From assembly GCA_036337435.1 (NCBI GenBank), contig JAYZEG010000089.1, positions 1 to 60,497 of the forward strand: a stretch of DNA of 60,497 nucleotides. Direction: 5' to 3'. Below the pieces are notes generated by a model. The model was not told the origin of the DNA. It saw nothing but the letters and a program-made list of their open reading frames with translations, and searched no databases. This DNA is from Myxococcota bacterium (GTDB lineage Bacteria > Myxococcota_A > Bradymonadia > UBA7976 > UBA1532). Both the position numbers and the translations under genes were made by a program. How positions within the stretch are numbered: the first letter of the stretch is position 1; the number at the start of each line of letters is the position of its first letter. Shown in pieces: positions 18,713 through 29,332 of this stretch.

Positions 18713-21700
18713 ATGAGCGATGAATTGGAACAACAGCGCTGGCGCCGGCTGGTACAGGTGCTGCTGGCCGACGCAGAGCAAGTGCGGTCCGACGAGGCCA
18801 GAGCTGAGAAATATTTTGAAATAGCTGAGGTCTGTCGCGTCCAATTGGGCGACTCGGAGCGGGCCGCGCCATATTATCGTCGCGCAGCTGACCTGACGCC
18901 CAGGGTCGCCCGTAGAGCCATTGATGCCTTATTAGACCTTGTCGATGCCGATGCTCCACTGGTTGTTGAAAACACGCTCATCGAACTTGTTGAAGCGCAC
19001 TGCGACGCATCGGAATTGGCGAAAATTCTGCGGACCCTTGCCCTGACGGCGACCAGTTCTCAACGGGTCAAAGCGCATTTCGAACATGCGATCCGCATCG
19101 CGCTTGATGTGGCTCAGAGTCAAGAACAAGCACGGGGCTTGTTGATCGCTGCGCATAAACGTATGTCCGAACACGATCAAGACGGTCTGTTGCCGGCGAC
19201 TGAGACGCATCTTAGTTTGTGGCCGGCAGACGAGGCTGTCGCTGCATTAAGGGCGATGCTCTTAGTCGGCCGAAATCGAGCTCGAGAAGCCGTTGAAACA
19301 ATACTTGATGCAGCTGCTCATACTGCAGACACCAGGATAAAGGCCAAGCTGAGATTACGAGCCGCTGCCCTATGCGTTGACGAATTGAGACAACCTCTTG
19401 AGGCCATTAGTGCGTTGCGCGACGCACTGGCCATAGACCCCTCAATGTCGGTATCTGCACAGGAGATTCTGGATTCGATCGTTGAGTCATGGGACATCAC
19501 AACTGCCATAGTTGAGGAACTCGTCGATGCGTATGATTCAATCCGAAAGCCTGAATCTGCACAGCGAGTTTGGTCCCTCTGCGTTCAGCACGCGAGTGCC
19601 AATGAACAGGCCGATTTGTATCTTCGGCAAGCTCAGCATGCCGAACACAACCAGCTGGACGCAAGTCGGCGATTTAAGCTGTTTCACATGGGGGCGCAAT
19701 CGACCATGGGAGACTTATCTCCTTACATTGTGGGCATGCGCCGTGCGACTTGGGACGGTGCCGATGGAGGTTTTGAGCATTTGGCGCTCCTTCTTGAGGC
19801 TGAAGAGTCGTGGGCCGCTTTGGTGGAATTGCTCGATGATTACTCGACCCTTGTTCCAGACGATCAAGAGAGAGCGCATCTCACGTATCGGGCTGGATGT
19901 ATTGCAGCGGACAACTTAGCAGACAATCAAGGCGCATTAAATCGCTATTTGCAGGCACTCAGGCTCGATCCCAGCAATGATTTGTACGCTTCAGCCGCGG
20001 AGATGGCGTATCGCGATGCAGAAAATTGGGAGCGGGTTGACGGGATGCTTGATACCCGGTTCTCGTTGGCCTCGGAGCGCTTTCAAAAAGTGAATATTCG
20101 ACTCGAACAGGGGCGGCTTCGACATCAACAGCTCGCTCAACCTGTTGCTGCCTACGATATTCTGTGTGACGCGATGCGTTTGGCAGGCGATGAATTGTCT
20201 GGACTGGTTGCGGATGCCCTCGCCGACTTAGTCGGAGACATTTGGGCTTTTCCAGCGATCGAAAAACAAATCATCGCGCGGATTGCACAAGCCAATGAAC
20301 CATCCAAAGCCGCCCGTTTGGAACTGGAACTGAGTTATTTGTACCTCGAGTTCGTGAAAGATATCCAAAAAGGCCTAGAGACTCTGATACGCGCTGCATC
20401 GCGTGCACCCAGCGATGCGTCGGTGTTCTTACGGGTCACCCAGCAGTACGAGAAATACGCGGACGACCTCACATTGGCACGTTGGTTAGAAGGCGCGCGT
20501 GAACAACCGCTGAATATTGCCGTCAAGAAAAACGCGTTAGAGCAGGCTCTGCAAACCTATCAAAAGATCAATGCTGGTTGGCATGTCATCAGACGCGTCT
20601 GGGACGCCCTACTTGAATTAGATGTGTCCGACACATCGCAAGTTCAGGCTGCGGTTGATGCTGCCGAAGGGGAGGGAGACACCGGCGCTGTGTCCAAGTT
20701 TCTTACACTGGCACTCGACAAGAACGGGACGAAAGTCGCCTCCGAGATGGTGCGTCTACGTTGGATGCGGCGCCTGGCTGAAATTCACAAGTCTCAGGGG
20801 GATTTGGGTGAGGCAGTGAATCGTCATCGGGCCATCTTGCAGCAATGGCCACTCGATGAGGATGCCTTTTCTGGTCTGTCCGGTTGTTATCGTACGCTCG
20901 AGGACTGGGTGGCTCTCTCAGAACTGCTCAGAAGTCGAATTAATTTGCTTGAGACTGGGGCGGACGCCGCTCAAGTTGAATTGCGAACCCAGTGGGCCCT
21001 GCTGATGTATGAGCAACTCGATGATGTCGATGGTGCCATTGCCGCGCTCGAGCCATTACTTCATCGGCGAACATTTGATGAGGCTGCTTCGGCCTTACTG
21101 ACCGAGCTCTACCGACGGACAGATAATTTGCCGGGTCAGGTCCGCATCATCGAAGAAAAAATGGCTGGTGCCAGTCCCCACGCGCAACAGGGCCACGTCG
21201 CTGAAATGAATGCGCTACTTGAAGCGGGAACACCGTCGCCCGAGTTGCGTGAACGCGTCGTGCGCCACGAAATTGCTCTGACTCCCAATGCCCTCGAGCC
21301 GAGATACCGTTTGTTAGCTGTATACCGGGAGATGGACGACAAACCCAGTTTACTCGCCGCACTCGACGAAGTTTGGCAAATGAATCCAGACCGCGCTCAG
21401 ATCGCCGTGCTTCGAGAGCGGTCGCAATTATTAACTGAACTCGCCGATGATTTGAATCAAGCGATCGCCTCATGGGAGCGGTATCTCTCTTTCGAAGATG
21501 AAGATGACCTCGGCCTGACAGCACTTCAGCAACTCTACGCGCAAACTGAGTGCGACGAGGATGTCCGTCGAATCATTCGTCGACGATTCTCTATTTCTAA
21601 ATCCGATGCGTTGAAATTGGCCCTCTTGAAAGAAGAAGCCATCCTTGCCGAAATAAAGATTGGCGATATTGAGGGTGCCTTTGTTGCCTGGTCTAAGGCA

Positions 21701-24700
21701 CATGAACTGGCGTCCGGTGATTTGATTATTCTCGAAGAACTGATCAGGCTCGCGGAGATTTTGGGTGACACGCCATCCCTTGTGCTCTACGGACAACGTT
21801 GGTTCAATTGCGACGGGCGAGAGCTCGATCTTGACCTCTTTCGAACAATCGGGCGTGCGTGCGATGACCTGAGTGAATCGACAACGGCTCAGGCATGCTG
21901 GCAGCTGATCGCAGACGAATTGAGCGATGACCCAGAGGCATTGGACAGACTTGCGTTCCTCGCCGAATCTCAGGGTCAAGTCGATCAGGCCGTAAGATAT
22001 CTCGACCGCTTAGCCGCCGATGGTCAATCTTTGGAAACCCGAAAAGCGGCTTTAGATCGGCTGGTCCTAATCCAATCCGCGCATGACCGATACGACGCCG
22101 TTGTTGCTGTCTTTCATCAACTCGCCGCGCTCGAGCCGACAGCGGTCGACCCATGGTTGCGACTGGAAACTTATGCGGGTGAAAAAGGCGACGTTGCAAC
22201 CGTTTACAATGCGCTTAAGGCAGCCCAAGAGCGAACCACTGATCCCGCCGCTGTCGCAGGGCTGCATCGGCGATTGGCCACCTTAGCTGCCGGAGAGGTC
22301 GATGATCCGAGAGCCGCAGTCCATCATTGGGAAGCAGTTTTGTTGCTTGAGCATAGGGCACCGGATGCCTTGACTGCATTATGGCGTTTATATTGTGAGC
22401 AAGGCCGTCGTCAAGAAATGTTCCGTACCCTTGATACACTTGCTCGCGGCGCAACCAATGTAACCTTAGCTGGACAGTATCTCGCCGATGCGGCCAACTG
22501 GGTTGAAGACGGCCAGTTCGACAGCAAATTGGCTTTCGAATGCTGGCTACGGTCGCACACATTGGCGGAGGGCGCGAGACGCGACTCTTTGGAGCGAATG
22601 TCCGAATTGGCGCCTCAGTTGGGGCGCTGGCAAGACTATGTAGATGCACTCGCGTTGTCGGCAAATCATTCAGTCGATTTTGAAGAGCGGACAGAATTGC
22701 TTGCCCGCGCTGCGAGGGTCGCCATCGCGGAGCTCAACCAGTACAAAATCGGTTTTGAGTATCTTCAGCAGGCGGTCTCAGAACGGCCCGACCGGGGTGA
22801 TCTTGTCGACGAGTTGGTTGCAGCTGCAAGACTGAACGATGACAAGCCCATATGGCTTGGGTTGGCTGAGACACTTCGGTTTGTTGCTGAAAACAGCGAG
22901 GCGAGTAGAGCCGAACTGTTTTTGGAGGCGGGGTTAGCACTGGAACGCTGTGGGCGTGAAGATGAGGCGTATAATTTGCTATCGGATGCGGTGACCCAGA
23001 GTCAGGGTTTTGTCGGGGATGAGGCAATTTTTCAGTTTGCGCAGACCTATGGCTATTTGGATCGGGTTCCCGACCTATTTACCGCCGCCACAAAAGAACT
23101 CGAATCAAGCTTGCGAAAACCCAGACTAATTCGCTTCGCAACCCTTTTCGAGTCCATCACCGAGGGCATGGAGGCAGCACTTGAGTATTACCTCCAGGCC
23201 TATCAGATCGAACCCAATGATGAAGATGTCAGGCAGGCCATCTGGAGGTTGGCTGATGCCCTCGATGCGTGGCCTTTGGTGGTCCGCTTTTTCGAGTTAA
23301 TGACCGACCTGACTCACGACCCCGTTGAGCGTTTCCACTTTCTGTCTCAGCGGGCCTACGTTGAAAATGAGAAGTTAGGCGACCGTAGCAAGGCGTATAC
23401 AACCTTGAAACGAGCCGTGTCCCTCCGTCCGTCTGATGATGAAGCACGGACCACGTTAGAATTGTGGGCCAAGGATGAAGACATGGTGTCAGATGTCGCC
23501 CGGTTTTATGAAGATGAGGCAGCATGGGTGGAGCAGTCGGATGCGCGTATTGGGCTTTATCGACGAGCTGTTGAGCTATATCGAAGTCTTGAGCAAACAG
23601 ATGATGCAGCCCGTGTCCTGAACTTGATTGGAGAACTCGCGCCAGACGATGAGCATGTTATCGATGAGCGAATCAAATTACTTGAGGAGGCTGCTAAAGT
23701 AGACGAACTGACCGAGGTACTTGAGCGTCAAGCGGGCCGAACTCGTGGCGAGCGACGTTTACATCTTCTAAGAAAGATTCTTCGATTGCATCGCGCTCGA
23801 CCCGGTGATTCGCTCGTCGCAGAACGTGCAGGATTGAGTATTTTGGAAGAGCGACCCGATGACCAAGAGGCGTTCGAAACGGTCGGTCAAATTCAGCGTG
23901 CTCGACAGGATTGGAATGCGCTCGACGAATTACTTCGGCAATACCTGGAGCATTGCCCGGATACTGCGTCCATAGAGGTCATTGATGAGCGTATTCTGAT
24001 CGCCCATGAACATTTGGAAAAACGTGACCAAGCCTTTGACCTTTCGGTCGAGCGGTATCGATTAGGAGGCGTTGGAGCCGATTATTTGCTTCGAATTGAG
24101 CCCTTGGTCACGACGCGCCATCAGGCAGGCCGCCTGCTGGGTCTTCTCGAAGCCGCTTTGGACCATACCAATGGCGACGCCCGAATGCCGATCTTATTGC
24201 TCATTGAGAGGTTAGCCCTGCTCCATCTTGACCGGCCGCAGACCGCTCTAAACGCGTTAAGCGAAGCATTGAGCCTATCCCGGGGTGACCTCGGTCTTGC
24301 ACGGCGAGTCGCTGATTTACAGCGGCGGCAAAAAAAGCATGAAGACCTCGTCGCGCTTTTTCGAGAGTTTGGTCCGTCGCTCCTCATGGATACTGATGTT
24401 GATTCCGATGCGGCTTTTGTACGCTGGCACATGGACTTAGGTGAGTTATTAGAACTAAATATTCTCGACTTTAACGCGGCAGCCGAAACATACGATGCAC
24501 TTCTCGCAGTACATCCCGACAACATCGATGCTTTGGAACGGCTCAAAAGAATTCTGATTCGACTGAGAGATGTGCCGAGATTGGCTGCCGTCGTTCAGCA
24601 GCTTGCGCAGTTAACCTCCGAACCTCATGACGTTCTTTTGCTTGTTGACGGTGCACGCGCGATTCAAGGGATGGGCGACCTGGGTGCAGCTGTGAAACTA

Positions 24701-27700
24701 TGGCGCCAGGTTTTGGCAAGAGCACCGAGTACGGAAGAAGCGCAAAGCGTTGTGATGCGTCATGGTCGGAGGGAAAAAGACATCCCCATGATGCGATCCG
24801 TTTTTGGCGCACGCGTCAAGTCTGCCCGAAATCCAGTAGATAAGGCCGCCCGCTTTTGCGAGATGGCTGAATTTGAGCGGGAAACCGCTGAGGATGATGA
24901 ACGCGCTATCGTCGCCTATCGGGATGCGCTGGCTGCGGATGGACAATCTGCGCAAGCCTTAATGGGCTTGGCAGAATTAATGTTGGTCCATCAAGACATC
25001 GAAACGATCGAAATGCTCGGGAAACTCATGATCCAGCGTTACGACAAGGGGCTTGATGAGGCGATCCGCGACCGGTTTTCAAACTGGCTGGCCCAACTTC
25101 AGGTCGTACGCGCCAGTCGCAGAGTTGAAGCGGGAAAAAATGATGATGTCCTCTCCTTGCTGGATGCAGCATACACCAGAGCGCCTCACGTACGAGAGTC
25201 TTCGCAACTTTATGCCGATCAGCTTTTTGCTGCCGGTGACTTGGTCTCGGCTGGCCGTATCTATGACAAAACACCGTTGCCGAGCTTTTTGCCGGGTGCT
25301 GACGGTGATGTTCTCAGAGCGCATGAACACTTGAGGCGCGCTCAGGCGCTGTCCGCCATCGACCTCGACGTGCAAGCCATTCACCATTTTGAAGCGGCTG
25401 CGCGCTATGATGTCACCAAGGCCGACTCGTATGAGGCACTGGCCGTCATCCAGGAGCGGTCCGAGCGTTGGGAAGCAGCCGCTCGATATTGGCAAAAATT
25501 ATCTGAGGTGAAGGATGATGCCGATGAACGTGCCGTTGCGATGGCCCACGCTGGCCTTATTTTACAAGAGAATCTCGGCCGCCACCATCGCGCCATTAAA
25601 CTCTATCGACGAGCCATTGCCGAAGGCCTGACCGAACCATTAATGTTGCTCAAGCTACTCGAGGCCATGGAATCTAAGGGCGAGAATAGAGACATACTGA
25701 TTATCATCGAGCGGCTAGTGGATGCTGGCTTAAGGGGTGCAACTAAGGCTAAACTACACATCCGTCGAGCCGAACTTCTCTGCTTGGAGTCAGACTTCGC
25801 AGCGGCGCGAGATGCACTTATCTCAGCCAGTTCAGAGCATCCGGACGTTGAGCGTTTCACAGAGATTCTGCTCGACATGTTGGAGGTGTATCCAGACTTA
25901 GCTCTCTATGACGGCCAGCTGATACCGATTTTAGCGACTGATTCGCTGTCCAATTGGACACCCACACACCGACTGCGCTTGATTCGTTGGTACGCAGCCC
26001 ATGGCTACATCGAAAATGCATTAGAGATCGCGGGCCGATTGAAGGCGACAGGGCAGCAGACCTTTCCGGTCTTAGATGCTCGAGCTTTTTTGTACGGAGA
26101 AATGTATTTTAAAACGGGCCGTGAGGAGGCTCTAAACCAAGCATTGGGTGACCGTCTTGCATCAATTCTATGCCGGCCGGGGGAGGTCGACTCTCTTCGT
26201 GACTTAGTCCGTTTACTGGAGACGTCGGACACGCCGCAACATGCTCTCACACCTCTCGGTTTGTTGAACCTTCTCGGACGGAGTACCGTGCCCGAACGGA
26301 CACAGCTGACCAAATTGATCAGTCACGTTGAACTACAGGATCTGGACGTGGTCGATGTGCTGTCGTATCAGACGCCAGCAGCTGCAGCCATCGACGAGCT
26401 CTTGAATCACCTTGTTGACTTGGTCGGGCCGTCTTTGGATCAGGCTTTTCGATTAGCGAGGCAGGACCAGCCTGACCGATGGACCGCTGCGGATAATCCA
26501 CTGTCGGAACTTGCGGCAGGCATCGTTTCCGCCGCCGGTTGGGTTGACTTTGAATATGGTCATTTGACCGAGACCAATCAGCTGATAAAGACCGTGGGCT
26601 TTGCTCCACCACGAGTGGCACTCAATCTTGACAGCGCGGAGTCCTACAATCGGTCCGAACAATTGTTCTTGCTGGCAAGGACTCTCTTTCTCGCGCGGCG
26701 GCAATTTGGCTTCCTGAGCTGCATACCGCCGGAAGAAAGTCTTGGCATATTAGCCGCGGCCATCGCGCTCTCAGAACCTGAGAATGGACCAGAGTACGCT
26801 CTGATGACCGGTGTTGGTGAAGACGCCATCGAGTACTGGGCTGTTTTCCTTCATGAAAATTTGAGTGGAACAGATCTGAGTGATATCCAGCCTCTCGCCC
26901 GCTCAGTTGTTGGTGCTGGCGTAGATGCATTTCTGGATTGGGCAGATTGGGCTTATGCATCTGCAAATCGGTTCGGTTTGTTTGTCTCACGAGATCTTGC
27001 AGCCGCCATCAAAGCTCTGAAAACCGAATCTGAGTCGACTCGAATGATGGCGATCACAGGTGCCGATGAGTTCAGAGAATTATTGAGTATGGAGCCGAGC
27101 ATGGCGCGCCTCTATAGCTATGCGTTTAGCCCGGAATTTATTGGTCTGGAAAATGTTTCCCATTCCCCGGTTTTTGGCGATAGTTTCGGGGCCTTCTCTG
27201 ACGAACCACAAGCACCACCCGTCGATCATCAGCACGAGGATGACTCAGCTCATCAGGATGTGTCCGAAGGCGGCACCGACGTGGGTCACTCACACTCTGC
27301 CGGCACCGAGCCCGACGCTGCAAAACCAGACATAGTCGACCGCAGCCAAGCTCTGGAAGAAAGAAACCTGGAGGGCTCAGAAGAGGCCGAAACAGACGCA
27401 GCGGCGATGGACTTAATGACGGACGCCACTCTTGACGCAGACAGAAGCGAGAGAGCAGCGAACAGACCGAGTGATGATGAGCCATCTGAAGACGATATTG
27501 ACGGCGGTTATCGGTTTGATGAGGATTCCGACGGTCTCGACCCGGAACCGAACAATGATCCAGAAACGTCAAGCAAAGGCGCGTTGGACGACTCAGCGGA
27601 GGTGTCAGAGAGGGGGGGTGATAACGTCAACCCTCAGTCTAGCGAGTCCTTCACCGAGAAGACGCCGAAACATCATGAGTTTGACGAGAGCGAGTCAGAG

Positions 27701-28759
27701 GAAGGTTCAGAGCCACTCGAAGCCAATCCTCACGATGAAGCGGACAGTCGTACAGACCAGCCCCCGGCGGACACAAAGGACGCACCTGACTTCGTCGGCT
27801 CATCGTCAATGGCGTCTCCCGACAAAAAAGTCGCTGGACAGAACACGAGCTCAGATGCCGCGCCGGAGGATACGTCAGGGCCCCCGGGGTTGGTTTCTGG
27901 ACGGATTCTGACTGACGCAGCTGACGGAAGTGAAGACGGAAAAAGACATGGGGAGGGCGCACCCGATATCTCTGTACTGGACGCTAAATTGGATGAAATG
28001 GGTGGAACCCACAGACCGGATGAGTCTGGTCCCGTCCTCATAGAGTCTGACGATGAACTCGGACACTTTAAGGAGCAACAACTCGAACGACATTTGATCG
28101 AGCCGGCGGCCGTATCGGTGGTCGAACATGATGATGCTTCAATCGATTTGGCCCCATCCGAGGACGTGTCGCCATCCATGATCCTTGAGTCGAGAAACGA
28201 GGAGTCCGTTAAGTATGGCGGTGAGTCAATGACCGAGCAGAAACCATCCGAACTGGAGACGCCGCAAACCACTCGGTTACAGAATGACTCTGACACAAAA
28301 ATAGTCGAGTTCAATGACGCGTCTGCTCCGGAAGCACGCGCGGAGCAGAGTCGGGTTGCTGAACCGTCTCCAGCGGGTGCTCTACTGCCTATTGCGCCAG
28401 ATGATTTGGCTTCCGAGAACGAAAAGCCCTGCCTAAACAGTGGTGCGCAGCCATCCAGCGAAGCCAGTGCTTTTCGATTTACAAGCCAGGACGTGGACTC
28501 GTCTGTGAACGGTCTAAGGGATATCGAACTGGATGGGTCTGACAGCCTCGATGATGTCATGAAGACATCTGTCTCAGCACTCTCGGTCGGCCCGGCGGCA
28601 GCACCGTCGATGCCCGTCGAAGAGACAGGCCTACCTGGGAGTCAAGAAGAATTAGATGACGGTCGCAGCCAAGATTACCTCGAGACTGCTGTTCATAAAC
28701 TCGAGTCGAGGCCCGATGAGTTCGCCGACTCGGATGATGATAAGACTGAATACGAGTAG
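18713..28759 (+). CDS. Giant TPR-repeat protein (3,348 aa; AgmK/GltI-like architecture)
   Basis: Uninterrupted 10-kb ORF with GAGG RBS. Dozens of helical repeats (e.g. GALNRYLQALRLDPSN, AAETYDALLAVHPDNIDALERL), no signal peptide, acidic C-terminal tail. Confidence 0.85.
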   Translation: MSDELEQQRWRRLVQVLLADAEQVRSDEARAEKYFEIAEVCRVQLGDSERAAPYYRRAADLTPRVARRAIDALLDLVDADAPLVVENTLIELVEAHCDASELAKILRTLALTATSSQRVKAHFEHAIRIALDVAQSQEQARGLLIAAHKRMSEHDQDGLLPATETHLSLWPADEAVAALRAMLLVGRNRAREAVETILDAAAHTADTRIKAKLRLRAAALCVDELRQPLEAISALRDALAIDPSMSVSAQEILDSIVESWDITTAIVEELVDAYDSIRKPESAQRVWSLCVQHASANEQADLYLRQAQHAEHNQLDASRRFKLFHMGAQSTMGDLSPYIVGMRRATWDGADGGFEHLALLLEAEESWAALVELLDDYSTLVPDDQERAHLTYRAGCIAADNLADNQGALNRYLQALRLDPSNDLYASAAEMAYRDAENWERVDGMLDTRFSLASERFQKVNIRLEQGRLRHQQLAQPVAAYDILCDAMRLAGDELSGLVADALADLVGDIWAFPAIEKQIIARIAQANEPSKAARLELELSYLYLEFVKDIQKGLETLIRAASRAPSDASVFLRVTQQYEKYADDLTLARWLEGAREQPLNIAVKKNALEQALQTYQKINAGWHVIRRVWDALLELDVSDTSQVQAAVDAAEGEGDTGAVSKFLTLALDKNGTKVASEMVRLRWMRRLAEIHKSQGDLGEAVNRHRAILQQWPLDEDAFSGLSGCYRTLEDWVALSELLRSRINLLETGADAAQVELRTQWALLMYEQLDDVDGAIAALEPLLHRRTFDEAASALLTELYRRTDNLPGQVRIIEEKMAGASPHAQQGHVAEMNALLEAGTPSPELRERVVRHEIALTPNALEPRYRLLAVYREMDDKPSLLAALDEVWQMNPDRAQIAVLRERSQLLTELADDLNQAIASWERYLSFEDEDDLGLTALQQLYAQTECDEDVRRIIRRRFSISKSDALKLALLKEEAILAEIKIGDIEGAFVAWSKAHELASGDLIILEELIRLAEILGDTPSLVLYGQRWFNCDGRELDLDLFRTIGRACDDLSESTTAQACWQLIADELSDDPEALDRLAFLAESQGQVDQAVRYLDRLAADGQSLETRKAALDRLVLIQSAHDRYDAVVAVFHQLAALEPTAVDPWLRLETYAGEKGDVATVYNALKAAQERTTDPAAVAGLHRRLATLAAGEVDDPRAAVHHWEAVLLLEHRAPDALTALWRLYCEQGRRQEMFRTLDTLARGATNVTLAGQYLADAANWVEDGQFDSKLAFECWLRSHTLAEGARRDSLERMSELAPQLGRWQDYVDALALSANHSVDFEERTELLARAARVAIAELNQYKIGFEYLQQAVSERPDRGDLVDELVAAARLNDDKPIWLGLAETLRFVAENSEASRAELFLEAGLALERCGREDEAYNLLSDAVTQSQGFVGDEAIFQFAQTYGYLDRVPDLFTAATKELESSLRKPRLIRFATLFESITEGMEAALEYYLQAYQIEPNDEDVRQAIWRLADALDAWPLVVRFFELMTDLTHDPVERFHFLSQRAYVENEKLGDRSKAYTTLKRAVSLRPSDDEARTTLELWAKDEDMVSDVARFYEDEAAWVEQSDARIGLYRRAVELYRSLEQTDDAARVLNLIGELAPDDEHVIDERIKLLEEAAKVDELTEVLERQAGRTRGERRLHLLRKILRLHRARPGDSLVAERAGLSILEERPDDQEAFETVGQIQRARQDWNALDELLRQYLEHCPDTASIEVIDERILIAHEHLEKRDQAFDLSVERYRLGGVGADYLLRIEPLVTTRHQAGRLLGLLEAALDHTNGDARMPILLLIERLALLHLDRPQTALNALSEALSLSRGDLGLARRVADLQRRQKKHEDLVALFREFGPSLLMDTDVDSDAAFVRWHMDLGELLELNILDFNAAAETYDALLAVHPDNIDALERLKRILIRLRDVPRLAAVVQQLAQLTSEPHDVLLLVDGARAIQGMGDLGAAVKLWRQVLARAPSTEEAQSVVMRHGRREKDIPMMRSVFGARVKSARNPVDKAARFCEMAEFERETAEDDERAIVAYRDALAADGQSAQALMGLAELMLVHQDIETIEMLGKLMIQRYDKGLDEAIRDRFSNWLAQLQVVRASRRVEAGKNDDVLSLLDAAYTRAPHVRESSQLYADQLFAAGDLVSAGRIYDKTPLPSFLPGADGDVLRAHEHLRRAQALSAIDLDVQAIHHFEAAARYDVTKADSYEALAVIQERSERWEAAARYWQKLSEVKDDADERAVAMAHAGLILQENLGRHHRAIKLYRRAIAEGLTEPLMLLKLLEAMESKGENRDILIIIERLVDAGLRGATKAKLHIRRAELLCLESDFAAARDALISASSEHPDVERFTEILLDMLEVYPDLALYDGQLIPILATDSLSNWTPTHRLRLIRWYAAHGYIENALEIAGRLKATGQQTFPVLDARAFLYGEMYFKTGREEALNQALGDRLASILCRPGEVDSLRDLVRLLETSDTPQHALTPLGLLNLLGRSTVPERTQLTKLISHVELQDLDVVDVLSYQTPAAAAIDELLNHLVDLVGPSLDQAFRLARQDQPDRWTAADNPLSELAAGIVSAAGWVDFEYGHLTETNQLIKTVGFAPPRVALNLDSAESYNRSEQLFLLARTLFLARRQFGFLSCIPPEESLGILAAAIALSEPENGPEYALMTGVGEDAIEYWAVFLHENLSGTDLSDIQPLARSVVGAGVDAFLDWADWAYASANRFGLFVSRDLAAAIKALKTESESTRMMAITGADEFRELLSMEPSMARLYSYAFSPEFIGLENVSHSPVFGDSFGAFSDEPQAPPVDHQHEDDSAHQDVSEGGTDVGHSHSAGTEPDAAKPDIVDRSQALEERNLEGSEEAETDAAAMDLMTDATLDADRSERAANRPSDDEPSEDDIDGGYRFDEDSDGLDPEPNNDPETSSKGALDDSAEVSERGGDNVNPQSSESFTEKTPKHHEFDESESEEGSEPLEANPHDEADSRTDQPPADTKDAPDFVGSSSMASPDKKVAGQNTSSDAAPEDTSGPPGLVSGRILTDAADGSEDGKRHGEGAPDISVLDAKLDEMGGTHRPDESGPVLIESDDELGHFKEQQLERHLIEPAAVSVVEHDDASIDLAPSEDVSPSMILESRNEESVKYGGESMTEQKPSELETPQTTRLQNDSDTKIVEFNDASAPEARAEQSRVAEPSPAGALLPIAPDDLASENEKPCLNSGAQPSSEASAFRFTSQDVDSSVNGLRDIELDGSDSLDDVMKTSVSALSVGPAAAPSMPVEETGLPGSQEELDDGRSQDYLETAVHKLESRPDEFADSDDDKTEYE

Positions 28760-28764
28760 TGTGT

Positions 28765-29250
28765 TTACATGCCTGAGACAATCCGCCACTCACCCTCTTC
28801 TCGGATGAAGGCGAGGCGATTCTTATCGCTCTTTGTTTCCCAGCGATCTTGTTCACCCAAGGCGATGAGATACTGGGCTTCATATTCTACATCGACTCGC
28901 GCACGGTCGCCCATCACGGTAATGTCCTTCACCACTAATTTTAGTTTGACTGCACGAACCGAGTTCTTCAGTTCAGAGAACACCTTCTCCAAGCCGTTAT
29001 AGTCATAATCGTCAGTGGCATCAGTGGTCGTGCTTGCGTTTTCATAATACCGCAGGCTCGTCAGTTTACGCAGCGCCTTCTCATCGCGCTGTTCGAGTGC
29101 TGTCTGGTAATTTTCGACAATTCGAAAGAGTTCCTGGCGTTCCTCACTGAATTTGATCTTGGTTCCCTTGATGTAGCGGGCACCACACCCTGCCATAAGA
29201 ACCACCAAAGCGATGCTGAATGCCAATTTGAGCGTTCGATAGCTGCTCAC
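28765..29250 (-). CDS. Lipoprotein with NTF2-like (DUF4440/SnoaL-like) domain
   Basis: GTG start with AAGGAG RBS, lipobox MAGC, YQTALEQRD helix and C-terminal REEGEWRIVSGM. Confidence 0.7.
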   Translation of the reverse strand: MSSYRTLKLAFSIALVVLMAGCGARYIKGTKIKFSEERQELFRIVENYQTALEQRDEKALRKLTSLRYYENASTTTDATDDYDYNGLEKVFSELKNSVRAVKLKLVVKDITVMGDRARVDVEYEAQYLIALGEQDRWETKSDKNRLAFIREEGEWRIVSGM

Positions 29251-29332
29251 GTTTTACTCCTTTAAATCGGGCAGACTGCCCATTTTAACCAGACGGACCC
29301 TAGACGTATTCCTCTGTAGCCCAGTTACTCAT

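Noticed and set aside
27730..28560. 276-aa Ser-rich antisense ORF
   Set aside because: Shadow of the D/E-rich tail of the giant TPR gene; acidic codons give stop-poor, Ser-rich reverse frames.
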